64,000 nucleotides of DNA from Candidatus Poribacteria bacterium (GTDB lineage: Bacteria; Poribacteria; WGA-4E; WGA-3G): NCBI GenBank assembly GCA_963663765.2, contig CAXXUA010000002.1, positions 32,001-96,000 of the forward strand, in the 5' to 3' direction. Positions 48,801 through 57,933 of this stretch are shown here, one piece after another; the stretch's first letter is position 1; every line of letters begins with the position of its first letter. A program made the position numbers and the translations under genes. The notes beneath the pieces were generated by a model. The model made no database searches. It was not told the DNA's origin and saw only the letters and a list, made by a program, of their open reading frames with translations.

Positions 48801-50983
48801 TCGTTGAAGGTGAAACCGCTACACGAGAAATAGCTGAAAACACACCTGCAGGCAGAAACATCGGAGGTCCTGTGGTTGCGACTGACCCGGATGAAGAGGA
48901 CACCTTGACTTACATTCTCAGTGGCACAGATGCAGCAACATTTAGTATTGAGGGTGGTACGGGTCAGTTGAAGACGCGTTCAGCCCTCGACTTTGAGACG
49001 AAGAATGCTTATGTTGTGTCTGTCTCTGTCTCAGACGGTAATGGTGGAATTGACATCATCAGTGTTGCCATCAAGGTCACAGATGTATTTGAAAATAACC
49101 CGCCAGTTTTCGCTGCGGGTGAAACCACGACACGTTCTATACTTGAAAACACACCTATAGGCAGAAACATAGGAGATCCTGTAACTGCGACTGACCCTGA
49201 TGAAGAGGACACTTTGATTTACAGTCTCGGTGGCACAGATGCGATCTCCTTTAGCATTGAGAATGCGACCGGTCAGTTGAAAACACATGCAGTGCTTGAT
49301 TATGAAACAAAGAATTCATATACAGTAACAGTAAATGTCTCTGATGGCAGCCAAACTGTTTCTATCGTTGTCATCATCATTGTTATTGACGTAGACGAGG
49401 GTAATGCACCTGTTTTTGCTGGTAATCGCACGACGCGTTCAGTGCAGGAAAACACACCATCTGGTGTAAACGTCGGGAGTCCAGTGGCTGCTACGGATGC
49501 TGATAGCGACACCTTGATTTACAGTCTGGACGGCACAGATGCATCCTCGTTCAGCATTGTCAGCACCTCCGGTCAGTTGAAGACGCTCGCACCATTGGAT
49601 TTTGAAACAAAAAATTCATATACAGTAACTGTAACTGTATCAGATGGTAGTCGTACTGCTGCCATTACCGTAGATATCACTATCATTGACGTAGACGAAT
49701 CTCCACCTGAATTGGTAAAGAGTAGGGTCAGTATTAGTGAAATCATGTATGGATCGGAAAGACACTTTACTCCAACCCAATGGATAGAATTAAATAATGC
49801 TGGTCCGGACATCATCAATCTGGCAGGATGGAAACTGACATTTCAGAATGTCGACTCACAAGACTTGACCGGACCGGTAAATGGAACAATCACCTTCAAG
49901 GATGACTTCTGGGGTGATGCGCCGAGAATTTGGCCAAATGAAGTTCTTATGGTAGTAGGAACAGGGAATACAAACTCAGGTAACCTTCTTGATGATCAGA
50001 TTTACGACCTTGTCTGGAGAACATCGTTATCTCTCGGTTTTTGGACTACATGGTTAAGTGCAGAAGGCTTCCGCATAAGACTGTATGATGATGATGGGAA
50101 CCTGGTGGACGAGGCTGGAAACCTTGATGGAAGCATTCTACGATGGGACTTACCTTATGGTCAAAACAGGGGCAAAATCAGAGCGGGGAATCGGACCTCG
50201 TTGATCCGTCGCTATGCCAATAGTATGCCGCTTGATGGAACCCAAGCAAATGGCTGGATCTCAGCTGTGGACGCGAATTTATCAGCGGATCAAATAACCT
50301 ATTATGGGCCTTCGGATGATATCAGCACACCTGGAACCGGGATCGTCATTAACGACATCTCCCCACAGTACATAGTGTATGATATTAACCAGGACGGCGT
50401 GGTAGATATCGTAGATTTAGTAATTGTTGCAGGACGTATCGGACAATCCGGTCCCAACGCTGCAGATGTTAACGGTGATGGCGTTGTTAACATACAAGAC
50501 CTGATACTTGTGGCGAGTGCACTCGGTCAAACACCCGCAGCACCGTCATTTCAACCCGCGTCATTCGCAATGCTCACAGCAGCCGATATTCAAGGGTGGC
50601 TGACTGCAGCACAAGGTTTAAACCTAACGGATACGAAGGTACAAAGCGGTATCCGTTTTTTAGAGCAACTGCTTGTAGTGTTGACTCCGAAAAAGACCGA
50701 ACTGCTCTCTAATTTCCCTAATCCGTTTAACCCTGAAACGTGGATACCATATCGATTGGCAGAAGATGCTTTTGTCAAACTCACCATCTACGACCAGCGC
50801 GGGGTTGTCATCCGCAAAATCAATGTTGGACACAAAACCGCCGCAGTCTACGAAAGAAAGTCAAATGCTATCTATTGGGATGGCAGAAATGAGGTTGGCG
50901 ACAGGGTTGCGAGTGGAATTTTCTTCTACACCCTAACTGCAGGCAATTATACTGCAACACGAAAAATGCTTATTCTCAAGTAA
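42818..50983 (+). CDS. Giant surface adhesin: LRR + about 19 cadherin-like repeats + lamin-tail-like domain + dockerin + C-terminal tail
   Basis: LxxLxLxxNxLxxLP repeats, 306/309-bp cadherin repeats (PVF..G...AENT...ATDPD...LDYE), ISEIMY..QWIEL.N, DINQDG and NPFNPETWIPY. Likely start is ATG 42818 after AGGAG; the track starts at 42761. Confidence 0.92.
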   Translation: MDLLRKKPNTIVSMLFVIFLIFCGQSNSFSQDQNNVPEITPVCDRTSQVRDAIVAIVPGIDECKDITSTHLSVISSLNLSNLTITALKEGDFDGLSALTSLSIGNNQLTSLPTTIFSGLSSLTRLDLGSNKLSSLHEDIFSGLTLLNRVYLSYNNLSSLPDDIFSGLSSLQSLALSNNNLSSLPAGLFSGLSSLDWLSLASNSLSELPDGIFSGLSSLRSLSLTENSVNLSITVSLKKVGDSQFKAIAPIGAPFNIVLPLTLLNGSIGDDTTTVTIPTGSVESGLFNVTRTPSTIDPITIEIGTLPTLPSGHFGYRLVEPTSTEENSNILSFVVTIPNDYESTDNNPPVFTEGERTTRNIAENTPTGKNIGDPVLATDVDSYLLTYILGGTDAASFSIESGTGQLKTRSALDYETKNTYAVSVTVSDGNLTDIISVTIKVTDVFENSAPVFAEGATTERSIAENTPAGRNIGGPVVATDPDEEDTLTYILGGTDAAAFSIESGTGQLKTRSALDYETKNTYAVSVTVSDGNLTDIISVTIKVTDVFENSAPVFAEGETTERSIAENTPAGRNIGGPVVATDPDEEDTLTYSLGGTDAAAFSIESGTGQLKTRSALDFETKNTYAVSVTVSDGNLTDIISVAIKVTDVFENSAPVFAEGATTERSIAENTPAGRNIGGPVVATDPDEEDTLTYILGGTDAAAFSIESGTGQLKTRSALDFETKNTYAVSVTVSDGNLTDIISVAIKVTDVFENSAPVFAEGATTERSIAENTPAGRNIGGPVVATDPDEEDTLTYILGGTDAATFSIESATGQLKTRSALDYETKNTYAVSVSVSDGNGGFDIISVAIKVTDVFENNAPVFVEGETTERSIAENTPAGRNIGGPVVATDPDEEDTLTYILGGTDAATFSIESATGQLKTRSALDYETKNTYAVSVSVSDGNGGFDIISVAIKVTDVFENNAPIFVEGATTERSIAENTPAGRNIGGPVVATDPDEEDTLTYILGGTDAATFSIESATGQLKTRSALDYETKNTYAVSVSVSDGNGGFDIISVAIKVTDVFENNAPVFVEGETTERSIAENTPAGRNIGGPVVATDPDEEDTLTYILGGTDAATFSIESATGQLKTRSALDYETKNTYAVSVSVSDGNGGIDIISVAIKVTDVFENNAPVFVEGETTERSIAENTPAGRNIGSPVVATDPDEEDTLTYTLGGVDAVSFSIESATGQLKTRAFLDFEAKNTHLVAVTVSDGNGGTDIISVVINVKDLDETPTLHPPVFVEGDSTERSIAENTPAGRNIGSPVVATDPDEEDTLTYSLGGTDAATFSIESATGQLKTRSALDYETKNAYAVSVTVSDGNLTDIISVAIKVIDVFENNPPVFVEGDSTERSIAENTPAGRNIGSPVVATDPDEEDTLTYSLGGTDAATFSIESATGQLKTRSALDFETKNAYVVFVSVSDGNGGIDIISVAIKVTDVFENNPPVFVEGDSTERSIAENTPAGRNIGSPVVATDPDEEDTLTYSLGGTDAATFSIKSGTGQLKTRSALDYETKNAYVVFVSVSDGNGGFDIISVAIKVTDVFENNAPVFVEGDSTERSIAENTPAGRNIGSPVVATDPDEEDTLTYSLGGTDAATFSIESATGQLKTRSTLDYETKNAYVVFVSVSDGNGGIDIISIAIKVTDVFENNPPVFVEGDSTERSIVENTPAGRNIGGPVVATDPDEEDTLTYSLGGTDAATFSIESATGQLKTRSLLDYETKNAYVVFVSVSDGNGGIDIISVAIKVTDVFENNPPVFVEGETATREIAENTPAGRNIGGPVVATDPDEEDTLTYSLGGTDAATFSIESATGQLKTRSILDFETKNAYAVSVSVSDGNGGIDIISVAIKVTDVFENSPPVFVEGETATREIAENTPAGRNIGGPVVATDPDEEDTLTYILGGTDAATFSIESGTGQLKTRSALDFETKNAYAVSVSVSDGNGGIDIISVAIKVTDVFENSPPVFVEGETATREIAENTPAGRNIGGPVVATDPDEEDTLTYILSGTDAATFSIEGGTGQLKTRSALDFETKNAYVVSVSVSDGNGGIDIISVAIKVTDVFENNPPVFAAGETTTRSILENTPIGRNIGDPVTATDPDEEDTLIYSLGGTDAISFSIENATGQLKTHAVLDYETKNSYTVTVNVSDGSQTVSIVVIIIVIDVDEGNAPVFAGNRTTRSVQENTPSGVNVGSPVAATDADSDTLIYSLDGTDASSFSIVSTSGQLKTLAPLDFETKNSYTVTVTVSDGSRTAAITVDITIIDVDESPPELVKSRVSISEIMYGSERHFTPTQWIELNNAGPDIINLAGWKLTFQNVDSQDLTGPVNGTITFKDDFWGDAPRIWPNEVLMVVGTGNTNSGNLLDDQIYDLVWRTSLSLGFWTTWLSAEGFRIRLYDDDGNLVDEAGNLDGSILRWDLPYGQNRGKIRAGNRTSLIRRYANSMPLDGTQANGWISAVDANLSADQITYYGPSDDISTPGTGIVINDISPQYIVYDINQDGVVDIVDLVIVAGRIGQSGPNAADVNGDGVVNIQDLILVASALGQTPAAPSFQPASFAMLTAADIQGWLTAAQGLNLTDTKVQSGIRFLEQLLVVLTPKKTELLSNFPNPFNPETWIPYRLAEDAFVKLTIYDQRGVVIRKINVGHKTAAVYERKSNAIYWDGRNEVGDRVASGIFFYTLTAGNYTATRKMLILK
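43850..49700 (+). repeat. Intragenic near-identical 306/309-bp tandem repeats (cadherin-like domains)
   Basis: Antisense shadow ORFs recur at 306- or 309-bp spacing, and the DNA-level identity is visible by eye. Confidence 0.95.
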
Positions 50984-51033
50984 CACAAACAGGGAGACAA
51001 GTTTTCTTGAAAAACTCGGTTTCTCTATAATTA

Positions 51034-51371
51034 CTATAGTTTGGACAATTTTCGTGTTTTCGTTTGCAAATGTATTTTACACCCGTCGCACCGATAGTGC
51101 TTGGTTACTGGGGGTATTTACGTTTCTATACACATTCCGCCCCGCTGGTGCTGCCAATATGGACAATAGAATTCTTTTTCTGTGAGTTCATAAAGTGTTG
51201 TAACTCAACGAAAATATATCAGACATCAAAGTCGCAGTCCCAGAGGGATGGAATATGTATAGATCATTATCTGTCTCACTCCAAGCCCCAGAGGGGCGAA
51301 ATGTGTTTTAGCACGAGATTCAGAAATGAAAATGAAAAGCATCACGACTCAAAAAACTGTCCAAACTATAG
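51034..51371. mobile_element. MITE shell with REP-like cargo
   Basis: TIR ctatagtttggaca / tgtccaaactatag with 8-bp TSD tataatta. Confidence 0.88.
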
Positions 51372-51514
51372 TATAATTATAATGGAATTTAGAATTGCAT
51401 TGACACATTTTTGCTGTAGGAGGGAACACCGCTTTCCGACACGTTGTCTCGATTCGGAGATCTCTCCTACAGAAAATGTGATAAGTTATGCTACAACTCA
51501 TTTATAAGGTTGCT

Positions 51515-54500
51515 ATGAATTTTCTAAGAAAATTATTTTCAATCACACTTATAGCATGCAGTCTTCTCGGAATGACATCCCATGCAATGTGTTTGGATAA
51601 GAAAATAGAACAGTTGTCTGGTCCTTCCAATGCTCAGACAACAATGCTAACCCCGGTGAGTCAAGATGATACGGAACATCTTACTATTTTATATGGTACC
51701 CAGGAAAACATGAATACAAGTGTTCCACCACCACAAATTCTGAGACGATATAACAGCGAAAACAATCTTAATACGGAACAATCACAATTTATCGTAACCT
51801 ACATTGGTTTCACAGACGAAGCGCAAGAGGCATTTCAATATGCAGTTGATATTTGGGATTCCTTAATCCGAACACAAGTACCCATTAGGATTAACGCCTC
51901 TTTTATAGACTTTGGTGGTTTTGAGAATAATAATATTATTTTGGGGGGCGCACGTCCAGCAGATTGGAAATCACCAGGATCATTAAATCTATGGTTCGTT
52001 GATGCACTCTCTGATATGCAAGCAGGTAAAGACCTTTCTGATGGTGCACCAGATATTATTACGAAATTCAACAGCAACCAAGAGGTTAATTGGTATTTTG
52101 GTATAGATGGTAATACGCCTTCAGGGAAGATGGATTTCGTGAGTACCGTGATTCATGAGATTGCGCATGGTCTCGGTTTTAGTAGTTTTGCAAGGATAGA
52201 AAATAGTTCAAATGACATATTCTCTTTGTCTGTTGCGCAAGGTACATTGAGAGGTAAGAGTCCCAAATTTCCTCAAATTTACGATTTCTTCGTTGAGAAT
52301 GGGTCAGGGACAGCTCTAATATCATTTTTTGATCCATCTTCTGGTCTTGTTGAGCAATTCACCAGTAACAACATCTATTGGAATGGAAAGATAGGGGTAA
52401 AAGCAAACGGAGGAATCCTTCCCCATCTTTACGCCCCCAGTATCTGGGAGCAAGGGTCAAGTTACACTCATTTAGATGAGGATTCATTTCCAGCAGGCGA
52501 TGAAAATTCTTTAATGACACCGTATTTCGGTAGACAAGAGGCAATTCACAATCCTGGTTCCATTACACTCGGCATGTTAGAAGATATGGGATGGTCAATC
52601 AACAAGGCACCAGTGTTTGTTGACGGTACTAATACCACGCGCACCTTGGTAGAAAATGCAGGGTCAGACGTAAATATCGGTAGGCCTATCTTCGCTATGG
52701 ATGATAACAACGATAATCTAACCTATCAGTTGAGTGGTACTGATGCTGCACTGTTTGTCATTGATAGCACTACAGGACAGGTAAAAACAAATATAGGACA
52801 AGAATATAACAGAACATCTTATACGGTTACTGTCATTGTGTCGGATGGTCGACTCATTACTGAAATCATTGTTATCATTCAGGTGAGTACGACAACAGTT
52901 GTAACACCTAATAACAACCCACCGATTTTCACAGATGGCTCCCATACAACACGGACTGTCGTTGAAAACACTACATCAGGCGTAGATATCGGCGATCCGA
53001 TAACCGCTACAGATGCGGACAACCACTATCTAACTTATACGTTAAGCGGGGTTGACGCAGCATTGTTTGAAATTAATGACGCAACTGGACAACTGAAAAC
53101 AAAGGTCGCCCTCGACTACGAAACGAATCGCACTTATACCGTAACCCTCACCGTATCTGATGGGAGTCTTACCGACACAATCACTGTGACTATTAATGTT
53201 ACCGACAAGGACGTTGAAACTACACCTACCCTAACATTAATTTCACATCCCCTAATGGAAACAACCTTGAATGGGAGTCTGGTAACACTAAAATTAAACC
53301 ATAGCGTCTACGAAAATTGGCTCATAAATCCCGTGACAGTATCTGGTATACCTGGGGTAACCGTGAAAACATCTAATGTTGTGCGGGCAGCAGATACCGA
53401 GTTAAGATTACAACTGACTTTCGATGGGACAGACTTCGACACCAACGCAACCCTCACTTTCACAGTAAAAACAGATGCCATTGAAAACTACAGCGACTCC
53501 CCACTCAAAGCAACCATTCTGGTCACCGCCGCACAGGAATCTGTAAATGCGTCAACAATAACACCGCCAACAGAAACAACATTGAACGGAACCGTTGTTA
53601 CGCTAACATTAAGCGGTGCTGTCTACGAATCCAAGTACACTGTTGGAAATAACGTGTCCGTATCGGGTATTACCGGTGTAAGTGTTAACAGGTTAAATGT
53701 CGTACGCATCAGCGGGACGCAGGTTAACGTCGCCCTGAAATTCGATGGAACGGATTTTGACTCCAATGCCATGCTCACTATCACAGTAGGGGCGGATGCT
53801 ATAGCAAGCTACAACGGTACAGAACTCGTCGCGCAATTACCCGTCATTGCTGTTGTGGAGGAAAATCCGTCAATAATTGCCTTTGTATCGGAATCCCTTA
53901 CAGAAACTACACTCAATGAGAGCTTAGTCACACTTACACTCTCATCTGATGTATACATGCAATCCAGTTCTGTTATCAACCGCTCAATTCAAGTATCTGG
54001 TATTGCCGGTGTTACGGTTCGTCAATCCGATGTTGCGCGCGTTAGTGACACGAAGGTAACTGTTAAAATTACTTATGATGGGACTAATTTTGATACTGAT
54101 TCCAAACTTATTTTCACGGTTACCGCAGACGCTATCGAAAATTATACCGGACCCGCACTCATAAGCGTGATACCTGTTACTGCTGTGATCGAAAGCAAAC
54201 CAACAGTAACTGTGGTAACTTCACAACCCTTGACTGAGGCGAACCTTAATGAAAACGTAATCCTATTGACACTCAACAATGGCACTTACGTACAATCTCT
54301 ATTTGACATTGAAGATTCACTGACAGTATCAGGGATATCCGGCGTAACGCTTAATAGATATGGAGTGAGACGTGTTAGTGACACAGATATTTCAGTTGAA
54401 CTTGAATTCGACGGTAACTTTGATTCCAATGCTATTCTGACCTTTTCTGTCGGTGCTGATGCCATAGTTGGATATGAGGGTGCTGACCTGATCATACAAC

Positions 54501-57394
54501 TCCCTGTTGCTGGTGGACAGGAAACGCTAATCGCATCAACAGCAGCACCACTGACTGAGGTAACACTGAATGGGAGTGTCGTCACACTCACAATAAACGG
54601 TGCAATCTTCAAACGATCCAGAATTGACATCGGTAATGCTATAACGGTTTCTGGAGTAAATGGTGTCACTTTCCACTGGTTTGATATAGACCGAGTCAGC
54701 GATACTAATTTGACAGTTGAACTCTCATTTAATGGCAACATTGATGAAGATGCCACGTTGACCTTTACTGTTGGTGCGGATGCTATAGCTGGATATGATG
54801 GTGATGCCCTCATCACACAACTACCGGTTACCGCGCTGCAGGAATCAGTCTCTGCTACAACTGAGTCGTCCTTGGCAGAGGCAACATTGGATGGAAGCAT
54901 CGTCACACTCACGCTCAGCGGATGTACTTTTGAACGATCACTCTTCAACATCAGAAATGGGGTGACAGTTTCTGGTGTTGATGGAGTTAAGATCTATAGT
55001 TTTGGGATTGACCGTGTCAGCGATACGCAGATAAATGTTGAGCTTGAATTCAACGGAGATTTTGATACAGATGCTACATTAACATTTACCGTAGGTGTGA
55101 ATGCGATTTTACGGTATAACGGTGATCCCTTGACTGCACAACTCACTGTAACTGGGGGGCAGGAAACGGTAATCGCATCAACAGCAGCACCACTGACTGA
55201 GGTAACACTGAATGGGAGTGTCGTCACACTCACGCTCAGTGGTGCTAAATACACCCGCAATACCTTTGATCTTAGAGACGGTGTCTCCGTTTCTGGTATT
55301 GAGGGTGTAATAATTCCGTGGCACGACCCAAGGAAAAAAAGTGATACTGAAATTACAATTGAATTGGAATTTGATGGGACAGACTTTGATACAACTTCCA
55401 CGCTGACTTTTACTGTTGAATCAGATGCCTTTGCAGGTTACAACGGTCCTGCTCTCACGACACAGATATCTGTTTCCGAAGTGGTAGAATCATTGCTTGC
55501 CTCAAGCGCATCACCGTTGACAGAAGCGACATTAGATGAAAGTGTCGTTACCCTGACCCTCATCGGCAGGAATTATACCCGGACTATTTATGACATTAGA
55601 GATGCTGTGTCAGTCTCAGGTATTTCTGGTGTAACATTCCCGTGGAATGAACCGGTTAAAAAGAGTGATACTGAAATCACGATGAAACTGGAGTTTGATG
55701 GGGATATGACAAGTGATGGCACACTGACCTTTACTGTTGGATCGGATGCTATCGCTGGTTATAATGGTTCGGTACTGACTGCACAAGTGTCTGTCTCTGC
55801 CACAAGTACAACAACACCATCAAACCGTGCGCCAGTATTTACTGAAGGTAGCAGCACCACGCGCTCAGTAGCAGAGAACACGGCGTCGGGTGTAAATATC
55901 GGCAGTGTGGTTGCTGCCACAGATGCGGATACCGGTGATACGCTCACGTATAGTCTGGGTGGCACAAATGCATCAGCGTTCAGCATTGTCAGCAATTCGG
56001 GGCAGCTGCAAACTAAAGCTGCACTTGACTACGAAACGATGACATCCTACTCTGTCATCATCTCTGTTACGGATGGTCGTGGCGGGAGTGATAGCATCAC
56101 CGTGGCAATCAACATCACTGATGTAAACGAAGCTATTCCAAACCGTGCGCCAATATTTACCGAAGGTAGCAGCACCACGCGCTCAGTAGCAGAGAACACC
56201 GCATCGGGTGTAAATATCGGCAGTGCGGTTGCTGCCACAGATGCGGATAGGAATACGCTTACGTATAGTCTGGGTGGCACAAATGCATCAGCGTTCAGCA
56301 TTGTCAGCAATTCGGGGCAGCTGCAAACTAAAGCTGCACTTGACTACGAAACGATGACATCCTACTCCGTCATCGTCTCTGTTACGGATGGAAATGGCGG
56401 GAGTGATAGCATTATAGTCACAATTAATATCACTGATGTGTCTGAGACACCTACAAATGGCAGACCATCCATCAGTGTTTCTGCGGATACGACATTAACA
56501 GAGGCAACACTTGATGGTACAGTGGTTACCCTCACGCTAACAAGTGGCACTTATGAAAGCGCATTCTGGAATTATCAAAAGGTATCTGTCTCTGGGATCA
56601 CAGGTGTGACTTTTAATGACTTTTTTGATGTTGAGCGCGCGAGTAGCACAGAACTCACCGTCGAACTGACATTTGATGGGAACATGACCACTGATGGCAC
56701 GCTGACCTTTACCGTTGAATCGGATGCGATTGTGGATTTTGATGATTCGGCACTGACTGCGCAAATATCAGTCTCCGCCGTCAGTGAGTCTGTCACTGCT
56801 TCGCCCGCTACATTGACCGAGGCGTCCCTTGATGGTGCAAAGGTTACCCTCACGCTCAGCGGACAGATATTTGAGCGATCTATTCATTACATTAGAGATG
56901 CTGTGTCAGTCTCAGGTATATCCGGTGTAACATTCCCTTGGCATGACCCGGATAAAAAGAGTGATACCGAAATCACGATGGAACTGGAGTTTGATGGGGA
57001 TATGACAAGTGATGGCACACTGACCTTTATGGTTGGAGCGGATGCTATCGCGGGCTATAATGGTTCGGCACTGACTGCACAAGTGTCTGTCACAGCAAGC
57101 CAAGAGAACGCTCTCGGGGCAAACTTCCCAAACCCATTCAATCCAGAAACGTGGATACCGTATCAGTTATCCAAAGCATCTAATGTTAGCTTGACGATCT
57201 ACAATATGCGTGGGGTTGTCGTTCGGGAATCGAAGTTAGGGCAGAAAGCAGCGGGTGTGTATCAAAGCCGTAGTCGTGCTATCCATTGGGATGGTAGAAA
57301 CGAAATCGGTGAGAAGGTCGCGAGCGGCTTGTATTTCTACACACTTACAGCGGGTGATTTTACCGCAACGCGCAAGATGTTGATAAGGAAATAG
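51515..57394 (+). CDS. Large secreted zinc-metalloprotease-like protein with 4 cadherin-like domains, 10 copies of a ~105-aa repeat and a C-terminal tail
   Basis: HEIAHGLGF, SSYTHLDE, LMTP, repeated LTE.TL.GSVVTLTL...VSVSGI.GV...LEFDG.FD...TLTFTV..DAI..Y.G units and NPFNPETWIPY. The track starts at 51488. Confidence 0.88.
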   Translation: MNFLRKLFSITLIACSLLGMTSHAMCLDKKIEQLSGPSNAQTTMLTPVSQDDTEHLTILYGTQENMNTSVPPPQILRRYNSENNLNTEQSQFIVTYIGFTDEAQEAFQYAVDIWDSLIRTQVPIRINASFIDFGGFENNNIILGGARPADWKSPGSLNLWFVDALSDMQAGKDLSDGAPDIITKFNSNQEVNWYFGIDGNTPSGKMDFVSTVIHEIAHGLGFSSFARIENSSNDIFSLSVAQGTLRGKSPKFPQIYDFFVENGSGTALISFFDPSSGLVEQFTSNNIYWNGKIGVKANGGILPHLYAPSIWEQGSSYTHLDEDSFPAGDENSLMTPYFGRQEAIHNPGSITLGMLEDMGWSINKAPVFVDGTNTTRTLVENAGSDVNIGRPIFAMDDNNDNLTYQLSGTDAALFVIDSTTGQVKTNIGQEYNRTSYTVTVIVSDGRLITEIIVIIQVSTTTVVTPNNNPPIFTDGSHTTRTVVENTTSGVDIGDPITATDADNHYLTYTLSGVDAALFEINDATGQLKTKVALDYETNRTYTVTLTVSDGSLTDTITVTINVTDKDVETTPTLTLISHPLMETTLNGSLVTLKLNHSVYENWLINPVTVSGIPGVTVKTSNVVRAADTELRLQLTFDGTDFDTNATLTFTVKTDAIENYSDSPLKATILVTAAQESVNASTITPPTETTLNGTVVTLTLSGAVYESKYTVGNNVSVSGITGVSVNRLNVVRISGTQVNVALKFDGTDFDSNAMLTITVGADAIASYNGTELVAQLPVIAVVEENPSIIAFVSESLTETTLNESLVTLTLSSDVYMQSSSVINRSIQVSGIAGVTVRQSDVARVSDTKVTVKITYDGTNFDTDSKLIFTVTADAIENYTGPALISVIPVTAVIESKPTVTVVTSQPLTEANLNENVILLTLNNGTYVQSLFDIEDSLTVSGISGVTLNRYGVRRVSDTDISVELEFDGNFDSNAILTFSVGADAIVGYEGADLIIQLPVAGGQETLIASTAAPLTEVTLNGSVVTLTINGAIFKRSRIDIGNAITVSGVNGVTFHWFDIDRVSDTNLTVELSFNGNIDEDATLTFTVGADAIAGYDGDALITQLPVTALQESVSATTESSLAEATLDGSIVTLTLSGCTFERSLFNIRNGVTVSGVDGVKIYSFGIDRVSDTQINVELEFNGDFDTDATLTFTVGVNAILRYNGDPLTAQLTVTGGQETVIASTAAPLTEVTLNGSVVTLTLSGAKYTRNTFDLRDGVSVSGIEGVIIPWHDPRKKSDTEITIELEFDGTDFDTTSTLTFTVESDAFAGYNGPALTTQISVSEVVESLLASSASPLTEATLDESVVTLTLIGRNYTRTIYDIRDAVSVSGISGVTFPWNEPVKKSDTEITMKLEFDGDMTSDGTLTFTVGSDAIAGYNGSVLTAQVSVSATSTTTPSNRAPVFTEGSSTTRSVAENTASGVNIGSVVAATDADTGDTLTYSLGGTNASAFSIVSNSGQLQTKAALDYETMTSYSVIISVTDGRGGSDSITVAINITDVNEAIPNRAPIFTEGSSTTRSVAENTASGVNIGSAVAATDADRNTLTYSLGGTNASAFSIVSNSGQLQTKAALDYETMTSYSVIVSVTDGNGGSDSIIVTINITDVSETPTNGRPSISVSADTTLTEATLDGTVVTLTLTSGTYESAFWNYQKVSVSGITGVTFNDFFDVERASSTELTVELTFDGNMTTDGTLTFTVESDAIVDFDDSALTAQISVSAVSESVTASPATLTEASLDGAKVTLTLSGQIFERSIHYIRDAVSVSGISGVTFPWHDPDKKSDTEITMELEFDGDMTSDGTLTFMVGADAIAGYNGSALTAQVSVTASQENALGANFPNPFNPETWIPYQLSKASNVSLTIYNMRGVVVRESKLGQKAAGVYQSRSRAIHWDGRNEIGEKVASGLYFYTLTAGDFTATRKMLIRK

Positions 57395-57410
57395 TATCAA
57401 ATGACCATAG
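57394..57410. other. Isolated copy of the DUF1670-element end
   Basis: gtatcaaatgaccatag is identical to 32572-32588 and again supplies the G of a TAG stop. Confidence 0.75.
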
Positions 57411-57641
57411 TCTCATGTAAATTGAGAAGTGAAAAGTAGAAATCAACACATGGTTTTTGCTTTCCACAATATATACAATAACTCAATTTGCTACATACAG
57501 GATTTAAGTCATTCAAACACCGTTTTTAACAAAGTAAAAATACATTTTTCGCAAGATTTATGGTGAATTATGAAAATAATCATACAATGTTTTCAGTTAA
57601 CTGCTTGGTAGGAGAGCCATTGATTATCCCTCTTGTATTCG

Positions 57642-57847
57642 GTAGGAGCGACCTCCCGGTAGCGACCCGGGGAATGCCAAATGAAGATTAATTTATTAAT
57701 TCGGTAATAAATATTGCTCCAACGGTAGGTGTGCTTTGTAAGCGCTCTGTCGGGACTTGATGTGCCAGCGCGCTTACAAAGCACGCCTACCAGTGTAGGT
57801 TAGATAAAATTACCTAATTTATTTATTAATCTTCATAAGGCATTCAT
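57642..57847. mobile_element. REP half followed by a MITE holding a REP doublet
   Basis: gtaggagcgacctcccggtagcgac, then TIR gaatgccaaatgaagattaat / attaatcttcataaggcattc. Inverted homolog of about 5973-6128. Confidence 0.8.
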
Positions 57848-57933
57848 ACCGTTGATTTGGCGTATTCTGCCGAAAATAATGTCCAATTAATTCTAAAGTC
57901 TACTATACATTACTATAAAGGTTCAGTAATTTT

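Noticed and set aside
44071-49212. Series of 66-67 aa minus-strand ORFs
   Set aside because: Antisense shadows of the cadherin repeats.
51064-51507. 147-aa ORF
   Set aside because: Starts inside a MITE and crosses its end, with no recognisable protein features.
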